Below, one piece after another: positions 28,286-41,557 of a stretch of DNA of 64,000 bases (its first letter is position 1; the number at the start of each line of letters is the position of its first letter). The notes below the pieces were generated by a model. The model was not told the origin of the DNA and searched no databases. It worked only from the letters and a program-made list of their open reading frames with translations. A program made the translations under genes and the position numbers. This DNA comes from an uncultured delta proteobacterium (lineage in GTDB: Bacteria > Myxococcota > Myxococcia > Myxococcales > Myxococcaceae). Location of the stretch: assembly GCA_963776345.1 (NCBI GenBank), contig CAVZMH010000020.1, forward strand, positions 32,001 to 96,000. Direction: 5' to 3'.

Positions 28286-28824
28286 GGGAACAGCCCCTGG
28301 ACCGCGGCCTGGCACATCGTCGCCAGCACCAGCGCGTGGGTGATCTCCCCGCTCGCCACACGCTCCCGCAGCGACGCGGAGGGAACGAGCTCCACCCGGA
28401 TGTCCTCTCCCGGGTCGAGCCGCGGCTTACCCTTCCGCCGGCAGTCGAGGGCGAGGAACGAGTGCAGCCGGTTCTGCTGGATGGCCGGATTGGGATGGCA
28501 CACGCCGAGGAACACCAGGCGCCCGGGAACGAATCCCGTCTCCTCCTCGAGCTCGCGGGCGGCGGCGAGGGCCGGCGTCTCTCCGGGGTCCACCATCCCG
28601 CCGGGGAGCTCCAGGGTGTCGGCGGCGATGCCGGCGCGGAACTGCCGGACCAGGATGGCCTCTCCCCCGCCGGTCACCGCCAGGACGTTCACCCAGTCCG
28701 GGGCGGAGATGATGACCCGCGGGTGCTCGCGCCCGTGGCCGTCCTCCATCGCGTCCTCGCGGATGCGGAGGATGGTGAAGTCGCGCTCGTCGCCTCGGCG
28801 GAGGGTCCGCCAGCCGGTGCTCAA
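28282..28824 (-). CDS. NUDIX hydrolase (ADP-ribose pyrophosphatase-like)
   Basis: RQFR, ELPGGMVDPGETPALAAARELEEETG Nudix box; probable TTG start overlapping the upstream stop. Confidence 0.9.
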   Translation of the reverse strand: MSTGWRTLRRGDERDFTILRIREDAMEDGHGREHPRVIISAPDWVNVLAVTGGGEAILVRQFRAGIAADTLELPGGMVDPGETPALAAARELEEETGFVPGRLVFLGVCHPNPAIQQNRLHSFLALDCRRKGKPRLDPGEDIRVELVPSASLRERVASGEITHALVLATMCQAAVQGLFP

Positions 28825-29663
28825 TTCAGGAACTCCAGCCGGTGGCGGAGCGCCTGGGCGGTCAGCTCGAGCTGCGCCTGGTCCGGTGCGTCGGGCGACA
28901 GCTCGAGGCACCGCTCCACGTCCTTCAGCGCCGCGCGGTACGCCCCGAGCGCGGAGAGGATGGTCGCCCGGGCTCGCAGCTCGCCGGGATGGTCGGGATG
29001 GAGCTGGAGGAGGAGGTCGACCGCCCGCGCCGCGCGCTCCCCTTGCGTCCGCTCCAGCCAGGAGCGCTTCACGTTGTTCAGCATCCGCCAGACGATGACC
29101 TTCGCCGGCGCCGGCGTCAGCAGCCGCGGCTGGAACCTGACTTGCGGAGCGACCGTCGCCAGGAGGTCCTGGCAGCCGGCCTCGGTGAGGATCTTCCCAC
29201 CCTGGAACGGGTCCAGGACCAGCTTCCCGTCCTCCGACGGGCAGGCGACGAGGAAGTGGCCGGGGAACGAGACGCCGAAGAGGGGAACGCCCGCCCGTCG
29301 CGCCACCTCCAGGTAGACGACGGCGAGGGTGATGGGGAGCCCCTTCTTCCGGGCCAGCACCCGGTCGAGGAAGCTGTTCTCGGGCGCGTCGTAGGTGTCG
29401 GTGTCGCCCCAGAGGCCTTCCTCGTCGGCGAGGATCCGGCGGAGCGCCTGGGCCCGGCCGAGCGCGTCGAGGCGGCCGGGCTCGAGCGCCCCCACCCGCG
29501 CCCCCAGCGCGTCGAGGGTGTGCAGCACCTGGCCGACGTCCAGCGCCTCGTCCTCGAGGGCGGCGACCGCGCAGGCCGCCAGGTCGAGCCGCGGCGGCTC
29601 CGAGCCGAGCCCCTCGGACAGGAGCGCGCGCGCCCGGTTGCTGTGGAGGGCCAGGCTGCGCAT
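28821..29663 (-). CDS. SirB1 family protein (transglutaminase-like core + TPR)
   Basis: NSFLDRVL.RKKGLPITL, GVSFPGHFLV, DPFQGG, RMLNN. Confidence 0.9.
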   Translation of the reverse strand: MRSLALHSNRARALLSEGLGSEPPRLDLAACAVAALEDEALDVGQVLHTLDALGARVGALEPGRLDALGRAQALRRILADEEGLWGDTDTYDAPENSFLDRVLARKKGLPITLAVVYLEVARRAGVPLFGVSFPGHFLVACPSEDGKLVLDPFQGGKILTEAGCQDLLATVAPQVRFQPRLLTPAPAKVIVWRMLNNVKRSWLERTQGERAARAVDLLLQLHPDHPGELRARATILSALGAYRAALKDVERCLELSPDAPDQAQLELTAQALRHRLEFLN

Positions 29664-29908
29664 CAGGGAGCCGTTCGCCTCCGGTGCTCGGCCCGGAGCG
29701 CGATCTGCGCCGCGACCAGGCCGCTGAGGAGCCCGTCCTCGAACTCGAAGGTGGGGTGCGCCTTCAGCTCGGGGAAGTCGTGCGGGTTGAGCACGTCGTC
29801 CGGCCCGAGGTTGGGCACCGCCTCGCGGGCGAGCCGCAGCACCTTGGTCCGCTGCTGCGAGATCATCTGCTCCAGCAGGGCCTCGGCGGCCGGGAAGAAG
29901 TCGTCCAC
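29663..29908 (-). CDS. Small conserved-looking hypothetical protein
   Basis: VDDFFPAAEALLEQMISQQRTKVL...PHDFPEL...FEFEDG; stop overlaps the SirB1 start. Confidence 0.7.
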   Translation of the reverse strand: MDDFFPAAEALLEQMISQQRTKVLRLAREAVPNLGPDDVLNPHDFPELKAHPTFEFEDGLLSGLVAAQIALRAEHRRRTAP

Positions 29909-29989
29909 CCCGTTTTCATGCCCCCCCGGTACCCCGCCGGTCAACCTGGGGCCCTTGGCGGCGGCCCCGGGCGGGGTAGTCTGCCCGGC

Positions 29990-30424
29990 ATGGCATCGCC
30001 GCATCGTCTCGAGACCGAGGAAGCCGTTCGCGCCCTGGTGAAGCGCATCAAGCGCGTGGCGGTGCTGGGCATCAAGACCGAGGAGCACTCGGATCAGCCG
30101 GGCTTCTACGTGCCCGAGTACCTGAGCTCGGTGGGCATCGAGGTGGTGCCGGTGCCCGTGTACTACCCGGAGGTGAAGGAGATCCTCGGGAAGCCCGTGT
30201 ACCGGCGGCTGGTGGACATCCCCGGGGAGCTGGACCTGGTCGACGTGTTCCGGAAGCCCAAGGACCTCGAGGCGCACGTCGAGGACATCCTGGCCAAGAA
30301 GCCGAAGGCGGTCTGGCTGCAGGCCGGCATCCGGAACGACGCGGTGGCGGACCGGCTGGCGGCGGCGGGCATCGACGTGGTGCAGGACCGCTGCCTGATG
30401 GTGGATCACCGCCGCTACGCCTGA
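29990..30424 (+). CDS. CoA-binding protein (YccU-like)
   Basis: VAVLG, EILG..VY, DLVDVFR, VWLQAGIRN, VQDRC. Confidence 0.9.
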   Translation: MASPHRLETEEAVRALVKRIKRVAVLGIKTEEHSDQPGFYVPEYLSSVGIEVVPVPVYYPEVKEILGKPVYRRLVDIPGELDLVDVFRKPKDLEAHVEDILAKKPKAVWLQAGIRNDAVADRLAAAGIDVVQDRCLMVDHRRYA

Positions 30425-30670
30425 GCATCGCCCCGGAAAACGAGGACCCGCAGCTGGCCGCCGCGCTCGGGTGGCTCCGATCCGGCCGAGCGACGACGCA
30501 CGACGCGCTCGACTCACCGCGCCGCGCTGGAGCCCGCCCGGGGGCGTCCACCCGGCCGGCCGTCGGCCACGCCGGATCGGGTGCCCCGGCTCCCCCAGGA
30601 GCACAGGTCGCCGTCGCCCCGACTTGCGGCTTGCCGCCGCCTCTCCATCGACGTATGAACACCCATTGAT

Positions 30671-31560
30671 ATGGAGTCCCTCTCCCAGTCCTTCCGTGCC
30701 CTCGGCGACCCGACCCGGCTCCGCATCCTCCGCCTGGTGGCCGCGGCGCCGCTGAACGTCTCCGAGCTGGTCTCCGTCGTGGGGGTGGCCCAGTCCTCGG
30801 TGAGCCACCACCTGGGCAAGCTTCGCCAGCTGGGCCTGGTCCGCGAGGAGCGCGCCGCGGGCTTCACCTACTACTCGCTGGCGGTGGACGCGGGCGACGT
30901 CCAGGCGCCGCTGATCAAGATGGCCTGCGAGGCGGAGGACGGCACCGGCGACCTGGCCCGGCTCAAGGACCTGCTCCGCCAGCGGGAGGACCGGCAGATC
31001 CTGAACGAGCGCCTCCTCGAGCCCGGCCAGTCCTGGTTCCTCTGGGCGAGCGCGCTCGCCTCGCTGCTCCCGCCGCTGGACGTGGCCGACTTCGGCTGCG
31101 GCACCGGCGTGCTCAGCACCTCCATCGCCCGCTGGGCACGCTCGGTGGTGGCCATCGACCAGAACCGCGCGGCGCTGGCCCAGGCCCGCGCCCGTGCGAA
31201 GCGCGAGGGCCTCCGCAACGTGACCTTCCTCCGGGAGGACCTGCACCACCTCTCGCTCCCCTCGGGGAAGACGGGCCTGGTCGTCCTCTCCCAGAGCCTG
31301 CACCACGTGGAGGAGCCGGCCGCGGTCCTCGGCGAGGCGGCGCGCATCCTCGCCCCCGGCGGGAAGGTGGTGGTGCTGGAGCTGATGACGCATCAAGAGA
31401 CCTGGGTCCGCGAGCGTCTCGGCCACCGGCACCTGGGCTTCGAGCCCGCCGAGCTCGAGTCCGCGCTGCGTGCCGCCGGGTTCGAGTCGCTCACCCGCGA
31501 GGTGCATCCGCGGCAGGCGAGCTCTCCCTTCCGGGTCTTCCTGCTCACGGGGGAGAAGCG

Positions 31561-31564
<4 letters not shown>
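30671..31564 (+). CDS. ArsR HTH + SAM-methyltransferase-fold regulator (SahR-like)
   Basis: [28 protein letters not shown] motif; LHH; directly upstream of metH. Confidence 0.88.
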
Positions 31565-35044
<3,480 letters not shown>

Positions 35045-35045
35045 C

Positions 35046-36077
35046 ATGGCCAACGTCCGAGCTGCCCTGGCGCTGCTCCCGCGGGGAGCCATCACCGGCA
35101 TCGGGAGCCTGCCGCACACCCAGATGGAGCTGGCGCTGCAGATGGCGCTGGCGGTGGACGTGCCGTACCTGCCCCAGCTCCCGACGGAGAACCCCTCCGA
35201 GCTGATGGTGCCCGCGGCGCTGGAGGGGCTCCCCGGGCTGCAGGCCGCGGACGATGGCTCCTGCACCGTCGACCTCGAGGCCTGGGAGGCGGGGCGGGGC
35301 GCGCTCGACGCGCGGATCGACACCGCGCTGCGCACCGGTGACGCCTCCGGGTTCCTGCCCGGCGTCGCCTCCACCCGGGCGCTCCGGCCGTTCCTCTGGG
35401 AGGTGCGGGAGCGCAAGCTGGCCTTCGCCAAGGCGCAGCTCGCCGGACCGGCCACGGTGCGGTGGAGCTCGCGGCTGTCGACCGGCGCGCCGCTGTCCGA
35501 CCACCCGGGACTCGATGCGCAGGTCTTCCGGCTGGTGCTGGTGCGCTCGCTGGCCCTGGTGCAGGCGCTCCGGGCGGCCGGGGCGACGGCGGTCTTCTAC
35601 CTGGACGAGCCCGGGCTCTACGCGCTGGACACCAGCGACGCCGCGCACCTCGCGGTGCTCTCCGAGCTCCGGTTGCTGGTCTCGGCGCTCCGGCAGCAGG
35701 GCGCGCTGGTCGGTCTGCACTGCTGCGGCAACACGCGGTGGAGCGCGCTCCTGGACCTGGGCATCGACCTGCTCTCGTTCGACGTCCGGCTGTCGCTGGA
35801 CGCGGTGCTGGACGAGCCCCGGGCGGTGAAGCGCTTCCTCGACCAGGGCGGGGCGTTCTCGCTGGGCCTGGTTCCCACGGACCTGGGCCAGGAGGCGGAT
35901 TCGCAGGAGCTGGCCCGGGCGGTGGAGACCTCGTTCGCCGCCGCGCTGCCGGATCGCCCCGAGGCGCTGCGTCAGTTCCTGGCCACGCCGGCGTGCGGGC
36001 TGGCCATGCGCTCGGTGCTCGAGGCCGAGCGGATCTTCGAGCAGCTCAGGGCCGCGCGGTCAGCCCTGCTGCGCTGA
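35046..36077 (+). CDS. Single-barrel cobalamin-independent (core MetE-like) methionine synthase family protein
   Basis: TGIGSLP, LPQLP, K.QLAGP.T, DEP, zinc-type HCC and TPACGL; lacks the N-terminal folate barrel. Confidence 0.75.
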   Translation: MANVRAALALLPRGAITGIGSLPHTQMELALQMALAVDVPYLPQLPTENPSELMVPAALEGLPGLQAADDGSCTVDLEAWEAGRGALDARIDTALRTGDASGFLPGVASTRALRPFLWEVRERKLAFAKAQLAGPATVRWSSRLSTGAPLSDHPGLDAQVFRLVLVRSLALVQALRAAGATAVFYLDEPGLYALDTSDAAHLAVLSELRLLVSALRQQGALVGLHCCGNTRWSALLDLGIDLLSFDVRLSLDAVLDEPRAVKRFLDQGGAFSLGLVPTDLGQEADSQELARAVETSFAAALPDRPEALRQFLATPACGLAMRSVLEAERIFEQLRAARSALLR

Positions 36078-36081
36078 GCCC

Positions 36082-36405
36082 TCAGCCGCAACCGGCCAAC
36101 AGCTCGCGCTCGGCCTGCGTCCAGTTCTCCGAGTCCCGGCCAGCGACGCACCCGGTCTGGAGCCAGATCTCGTAGGCGCGGCGGGCAATCTGCTCCTCGG
36201 TGGGCAGCGGCCGCGGGGGGACCGAGACGCGGTGCAGCTCCGACTTGCGCGGGGCCGGGATGGCGGCGGCGCCACGCGGGGGGCGCGGGGCGGGCGCGGG
36301 CCGGGCGGCGTGCGGCGCTCCGGTCTCGGTGGCGATGGCCGTTGTCCGGCTCGAGCCGGACGGCTCGCGGGTGTCGGCTGCGGTGGAGTGTCTCTTCGAC
36401 GGCAT
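36082..36405 (-). CDS. DUF2934 domain protein
   Basis: EEQIARRAYEIW...GR..ENW.QAEREL. Confidence 0.8.
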   Translation of the reverse strand: MPSKRHSTAADTREPSGSSRTTAIATETGAPHAARPAPAPRPPRGAAAIPAPRKSELHRVSVPPRPLPTEEQIARRAYEIWLQTGCVAGRDSENWTQAERELLAGCG

Positions 36406-36691
36406 TGGCGGTGCGTCCCTTCCTCTTCTTCTCCACCCGGAAGGCCGGGTCCGTCCAGACACGGGGTGTCGCCCGACATTGAGCGAACCGCGAAAAGCCA
36501 GGCAATGTTCCGCACAAGACGCGGGGCGTCGTCCATAGACCGAGGGTGCAACACGGGGGCGTGTTCCAGGGTCCAAGGCACAACGCAGAGCGTCATGCTG
36601 GCCGGCAACGCGTCCGTCGCTGCGGTCTCCTTTTCGCTGGTACGGAAAGACGGGGTGACCTACTCCGGACGACCCGCTGAGGAGTGAATCG

Positions 36692-37870
36692 ATGCACGCC
36701 CGTCGCCTCGTCCTCGCCATCGCCGCCCTCGCCCTCGCCGCCTGTCAGCAGAGCAAGCCCGGGCGGATCGGCATCATCACCGCCCTGACCGGCAGCCAGC
36801 AGGCCTTCGGCCAGGCCCACGACCGCGGGTTCGAGATGGCGCTGGAGGAGATCAACGCCGCCGGCGGCGTGCTGGGGAAGCCCCTGGAGATCGTGAAGTA
36901 CGACGACCAGAGCAAGGCGGACAGCGCGGCCCAGGGCGTGGCGAAGCTGGTGGACCAGGACAAGGTGAGCACGCTCATCGGCTCGTACTCGTCCGAGAGC
37001 ACCAAGGCCATCGTCCCCCTGGTCGCCCGGCGCGGGGTGCCGCTCCTGATGCCCACCGCGACCGCGGACAACGTCCTCGAGAACACCCAGGGCTGGAGCT
37101 TCCGCCTCTGCTCCGGGGCGACCGACTACGCCAACGGCATGGTGAGCTTCTGGAAGGACGCCGGCACGCCGAAGAGCCTTGCCATCGTCTACGAGAACAC
37201 CAACTTCGGGCAGGCCAACGGCGCGGCGATGAAGAAGGCGGCCACCGAGGCGGCCATCCCGATCGTCGCCGACGAGTCGTACACCGCGAAGTCCCCGAGC
37301 TACACCGCGATGCTCCAGAAGGTGAAGGAGAAGTCGCCCGACGCCATCTACTTCGCCAGCTACCTGCTCGACGCCACCAGCCTCATGCACCAGTCGCGGC
37401 AGGTGGACGTGAACGCGCGCTACTTCAGCGCCGCCGGCACCGGCTTCAGCACGCCCGAGTTCCCCACCGAGGACAAGGGCGCGGGCAAGGACGCCGAGTA
37501 CACCTTCAGCGTGACCCAGTGGATGCCCGAGTCGAAGTGGCCGGGCAGCGCGCAGTTCGCCGAGAAGTTCAAGGCCCGGTACGGCTCCACCCCGGCCTAC
37601 CACGCGGTGCAGGCCTACACCGCGCTGAAGGTGATGGCCGCGGCGGTGAAGAAGGCCGGGAAGTGGGACCCCATCGCGATCCGCGACGCGCTCAAGGCGA
37701 CCGACATGCCGGAGACCACCTTCGGCCCGGTGAAGTTCGACGCCCGGGGGCAGAACCTCCATCCGGTACTGGTGACGCAGATCCAGAAGGGGAAGTACGT
37801 CATCGTCCACCCCAGGGCCGAGGCCACCGGGGATCCGATCGTCCCCACCCCGAAGTGGAACGAGCGCTGA
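36692..37870 (+). CDS. Branched-chain amino acid ABC transporter substrate-binding lipoprotein (LivK-like)
   Basis: LAAC lipobox, INAAGGVLGKPLE..YDD. Confidence 0.9.
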   Translation: MHARRLVLAIAALALAACQQSKPGRIGIITALTGSQQAFGQAHDRGFEMALEEINAAGGVLGKPLEIVKYDDQSKADSAAQGVAKLVDQDKVSTLIGSYSSESTKAIVPLVARRGVPLLMPTATADNVLENTQGWSFRLCSGATDYANGMVSFWKDAGTPKSLAIVYENTNFGQANGAAMKKAATEAAIPIVADESYTAKSPSYTAMLQKVKEKSPDAIYFASYLLDATSLMHQSRQVDVNARYFSAAGTGFSTPEFPTEDKGAGKDAEYTFSVTQWMPESKWPGSAQFAEKFKARYGSTPAYHAVQAYTALKVMAAAVKKAGKWDPIAIRDALKATDMPETTFGPVKFDARGQNLHPVLVTQIQKGKYVIVHPRAEATGDPIVPTPKWNER

Positions 37871-37871
37871 C

Positions 37872-38735
37872 GTGTCCTTCCTGCAGGCCTTCCTCAACGG
37901 CCTGCTGGTCGGGGGCGTCTACGCGCTGATCGCCAGCGGCATGGCGCTGATCTTCGGCGTCATGCGCCTGGTGAACTTCGCCCACGGCGCGTTCCTGATG
38001 CTGGGGACCTACCTCGGCTACTACGGCTGGACGCTGCTGGGGCTGAACCCGTACCTCGCCTTCCCGCTCTGGGGCGCGGTGCTCTTCGCCCTGGCGGTGG
38101 GCACGTACTGGCTCCTGGTCCGCCGGGTGATGGGGGCCAGCGATTTCTTGCAGATCCTCCTCACCGAGGGAATCAGCCTGACGATCATCGGCGCCGCGCA
38201 GCTGGCCTTCGGGGCGGACTACCGGCAGATCAACCTCCCCATCGCCAACCGCATCACCTCGCTCGGTCCGCTGCACTTCAGCGTGGGCTACATCCTGAGC
38301 TTCGCGGTGTCGGTGGCGCTGGTGCTGACGCTCCGGCAGTTCCTCGCCCGCACCGAGATGGGGCGAGCCATCCGCGCCGTGGCCCAGAACCGGACCGTGG
38401 CCCCGCTGATGGGCATCCGGGTGGAGCGGGTGTCGGCCATCACGTTCGGGCTGGGCATCGCCTGCGCCGGTGTGGCCGGGGCGCTCCTGCTGCCCATCTT
38501 CTGGACCAACCCCACCGTGGGCGCTCCGTACACGCTCAAGTCGTTCGTCATCGTGGTGCTGGGAGGGATGGGCAGCGTGCAGGGCGCGGCGCTGGGCGGG
38601 CTCCTGCTCGGGGTGGCCGAGCAGTTCACGGCCTACACCTGGGCCGACCGCTACACCGAGGTGGTCAACTTCATCCTCTTCCTCGCGGTGCTGCTCTTCC
38701 GGCCCCAGGGACTCTTCGGAGGGAAGGGCGCGTGA
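37872..38735 (+). CDS. livH: Branched-chain amino acid ABC permease
   Basis: YALIASG..LIFGV..LVNFAHG, GRAIRAVAQN, VLGGMGS. Confidence 0.9.
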   Translation: MSFLQAFLNGLLVGGVYALIASGMALIFGVMRLVNFAHGAFLMLGTYLGYYGWTLLGLNPYLAFPLWGAVLFALAVGTYWLLVRRVMGASDFLQILLTEGISLTIIGAAQLAFGADYRQINLPIANRITSLGPLHFSVGYILSFAVSVALVLTLRQFLARTEMGRAIRAVAQNRTVAPLMGIRVERVSAITFGLGIACAGVAGALLLPIFWTNPTVGAPYTLKSFVIVVLGGMGSVQGAALGGLLLGVAEQFTAYTWADRYTEVVNFILFLAVLLFRPQGLFGGKGA

Positions 38736-39688
38736 GCCGGCTTCCCTGGTGGCCGACGGTGGTCTTCTTCGTCGCACTGACCAGCATGCCGCTGTGGATG
38801 CACGACGGGTACATCCTCCAGCTCGTGTTCCGGGTGGTGGTGTTCGCGGTGCTGGGCATCGCCTGGAACTTCGTGGGTGGGTACGCCGGCCAGCTGAGCC
38901 TGGGCCACGTGGCGTACTTCGGCATCGGCGCCTACGCGATGACCCTCTCCACCGAGCGCATCGGCTGGAACCCCTGGCTGGGCGTGGTGCTCGGCGCGGT
39001 GCTGGCGGCGGTGGCGGCGCTGCTCATCGGGAGCATCACCTTCCGGCTCCGCGGGCCGTACTTCGCGCTCTCCACCATCGCCACGGCGGAGATCATCCGG
39101 GTGCTGGTGCAGAACCAGGACACGCTGACCCACGGCGCGGTGGGCACCAACGCCCCGCTTCTCTTCCAGGCCCCGGACCTGGACGCCAAGTTCTTCTTCG
39201 GCGCCATGCCGCTGCTGGGCGGGGCCTTCGCCCTGGCCACGTGGATCCACACCTCGCGGTTCGGTTACCGGCTCCGGGCCATCCGGGAGAACGAGAACAC
39301 CGCGATGGCGGTGGGTGTGAACCCGGCGGTGGACAAGCTCCTGGCTCTGATCCCCAGTGCGATGGTGACCGCGCTCGCCGGGAGCATGTACGCGAGCTAC
39401 TTCAGCTTCGTGGGGCCGGACACGGTGCTGAACATCGAGATCTCGGTCCAGGCGGCGCTGATCGCCATGCTCGGCGGCGCGGCCACGGTCTGGGGGCCGA
39501 TCCTCGGCTCCATCGTGCTCACCCTCACCGCGGAGATCTTCAAGAACTACTTCGAGCACACGCACCTGGTGGTCTACGGGCTCTTGCTGGTGGTGGTGGT
39601 GGTGTTCCTCCCGGGCGGGGTCATCTCGCTCTTCCAGCGGCGGTGGCGGTTCCGGCGGCAGGCCGGCCCCATCGGCGCGCCGCAGTAG
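38732..39688 (+). CDS. livM: Branched-chain amino acid ABC permease
   Basis: GYAGQLSLGH..FFGIGAY-like motif, RLRGPYFALST, RAIRENE. Confidence 0.9.
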   Translation: MSRLPWWPTVVFFVALTSMPLWMHDGYILQLVFRVVVFAVLGIAWNFVGGYAGQLSLGHVAYFGIGAYAMTLSTERIGWNPWLGVVLGAVLAAVAALLIGSITFRLRGPYFALSTIATAEIIRVLVQNQDTLTHGAVGTNAPLLFQAPDLDAKFFFGAMPLLGGAFALATWIHTSRFGYRLRAIRENENTAMAVGVNPAVDKLLALIPSAMVTALAGSMYASYFSFVGPDTVLNIEISVQAALIAMLGGAATVWGPILGSIVLTLTAEIFKNYFEHTHLVVYGLLLVVVVVFLPGGVISLFQRRWRFRRQAGPIGAPQ

Positions 39689-39697
39689 GCCCTGGCC

Positions 39698-40438
39698 ATG
39701 GCGCGGATCCTCGAGTTCGAGAAGGTGAGCAAGCGGTTCGGCGGTCTGCTGGCGACCAACGAGGTCAGCTTCCACGTCGACGAGGGGGAGATCGTCTTCC
39801 TGATCGGCCCGAACGGGGCCGGGAAGACCACCGTCTTCAACCTGATCACCGGGTACGTGAAGCCGGACGCGGGCACCATCCGCTTCGCTGGCCAGGACAT
39901 CACCGGGAAGGAGCCGTACCAGGCGACCCGGCTAGGAATCGGGCGGACCTTCCAGGTCGTCCAGCCGCTGCCGGCGCTCACCGTGCGCGAGAACGTGATG
40001 CTGGGGACGTTTCTCAAGCACAAGCGCCGGGCGGACGCCGCGGCCCGGGCGGACCAGGTGCTGGAGTTCATGGGGCTGCGTGCGCGCGCCGACCAGCTGG
40101 CCAGCGGGCTGCCGCTGGCGCAGCGCAAGCTCCTGGAGGTGGCCCGGGCCATCGGCACCGGAGCGCGCCTCCTGCTCCTGGACGAGGTGATGGCGGGGCT
40201 GAACCCGCGCGAGGCCGAGGAGGTGGTGGCGCTCATCAAGCGGCTCCGCGAGTTCGGCATCACCAGCGTGGGCGGGGTAGAGCACATCATGCGGATCGTG
40301 ATGTCGCTCGCCTCGCGGGTGGTGGTGCTCGACCAGGGGCGGAAGATCGCGGAAGGACCGCCGGCCGAGGTGGTGCACGACCAGAAGGTCATCGAGGCCT
40401 ACCTGGGCACCAAGTTCGTGGCCGGGGGCGCGCGATGA
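39698..40438 (+). CDS. livG: Branched-chain amino acid ABC ATPase
   Basis: GPNGAGKTT, GIGRTFQ, LLLDE, VIEAYLG. Confidence 0.92.
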   Translation: MARILEFEKVSKRFGGLLATNEVSFHVDEGEIVFLIGPNGAGKTTVFNLITGYVKPDAGTIRFAGQDITGKEPYQATRLGIGRTFQVVQPLPALTVRENVMLGTFLKHKRRADAAARADQVLEFMGLRARADQLASGLPLAQRKLLEVARAIGTGARLLLLDEVMAGLNPREAEEVVALIKRLREFGITSVGGVEHIMRIVMSLASRVVVLDQGRKIAEGPPAEVVHDQKVIEAYLGTKFVAGGAR

Positions 40439-41145
40439 CCGCCCTCCTGGAATTGAACGAGGTGGTGGCCTTCTACGGGGACTTCCAGGCCCTGTTCGGG
40501 GTGAGCTTCGAGGTGCGCCCCAACGAGGTGCTGGCGATGCTCGGGGGCAACGGCGCGGGGAAGACGACCTGTCTCCGGGTCATCTCCGGGCTCCTGCGCC
40601 CGCGCTCGGGGACGGTGCGCTTCGAGGGGAAGGACATCACCCGGACCGCGCCGGACACCATCGTCGACCTGGGCATCGCCCACGTGCCGGAGGCGCGGCA
40701 GCTCTTCCCCGAGATGACGGTGGAGGAGAACCTCTACCTCGGCTCGCAGCTCCGGCGGGCGCGCGCCCACCGGGCGAGGAACCTGGAGCGGATGTACGCG
40801 CTCTTCCCCCGGCTCGCCGAGCGGCGGAAGCAGCTCGCGGGCACGCTCTCGGGAGGCGAGCAGCAGATGGTGGCCATCAGCCGGGCGCTGATGTCCGAGC
40901 CCAAGCTCCTGATGCTCGACGAGCCGTCGCTCGGGCTCTCCCCGAAGCTGACCGAGCAGACGCTGGCCGCGGTGCGGGAGATCGGCAAGTCGGTGACGGT
41001 GATGATCGTCGAGCAGAAGGTGATGGAGGGGCTGGAGATCTCCGACCGGGGGTACGTCATCGAGCACGGGAAGCTGGTGAAGGAGGGCGCGGCGGCCCAG
41101 CTGATCTCCGACCCCGGCATCCGAGAGGCTTACCTCGGGCTGTGA
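40435..41145 (+). CDS. livF: Branched-chain amino acid ABC ATPase
   Basis: GGNGAGKTT, LSGGEQQM, LMLDEPSLGLSP, EAYLG. Confidence 0.92.
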   Translation: MTALLELNEVVAFYGDFQALFGVSFEVRPNEVLAMLGGNGAGKTTCLRVISGLLRPRSGTVRFEGKDITRTAPDTIVDLGIAHVPEARQLFPEMTVEENLYLGSQLRRARAHRARNLERMYALFPRLAERRKQLAGTLSGGEQQMVAISRALMSEPKLLMLDEPSLGLSPKLTEQTLAAVREIGKSVTVMIVEQKVMEGLEISDRGYVIEHGKLVKEGAAAQLISDPGIREAYLGL

Positions 41146-41531
41146 GAACCTGGCGAGCCACGGCGGTCGTCTTGCTCCCCCTGGCGCTCGGCGCCTGCGC
41201 CCGCTCGTCTTCGCCCACGGACGGCACATCGGGCGGCGTGGTCGCCCCGGCCCCGACGGCAGGACGGGAGCCTTCGGTCCCGACGACCGCCTCTCCGTCC
41301 GCCGCTCCCGCGGGGGAGGCGGGGCCTCCGGTCGGGGAGGCCGGCGCGGCGGGCAGGAGCTGCCGCACCGATGCCGAGTGTGGGCGGGGCAAGGTCTGCG
41401 CAGGCTGTGGAGACGGGAAGATGGAGTGCGTCGGCGGGTGCAGCTCGTCGGCCGACTGCCCGGCGGGCCAGAGCTGCGTCCAGGTCCAGTGCGTCCGCTG
41501 TCCGTGCCCCGCGCAGTGCATGAAACGTTGA
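41142..41531 (+). CDS. Cys-rich lipoprotein
   Basis: LGAC lipobox, Pro/Ala linker, C-terminal 12-Cys domain. Confidence 0.7.
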   Translation: MRTWRATAVVLLPLALGACARSSSPTDGTSGGVVAPAPTAGREPSVPTTASPSAAPAGEAGPPVGEAGAAGRSCRTDAECGRGKVCAGCGDGKMECVGGCSSSADCPAGQSCVQVQCVRCPCPAQCMKR

Positions 41532-41557
41532 GCCGGCGGGGGCACACGGAGGGTTTC

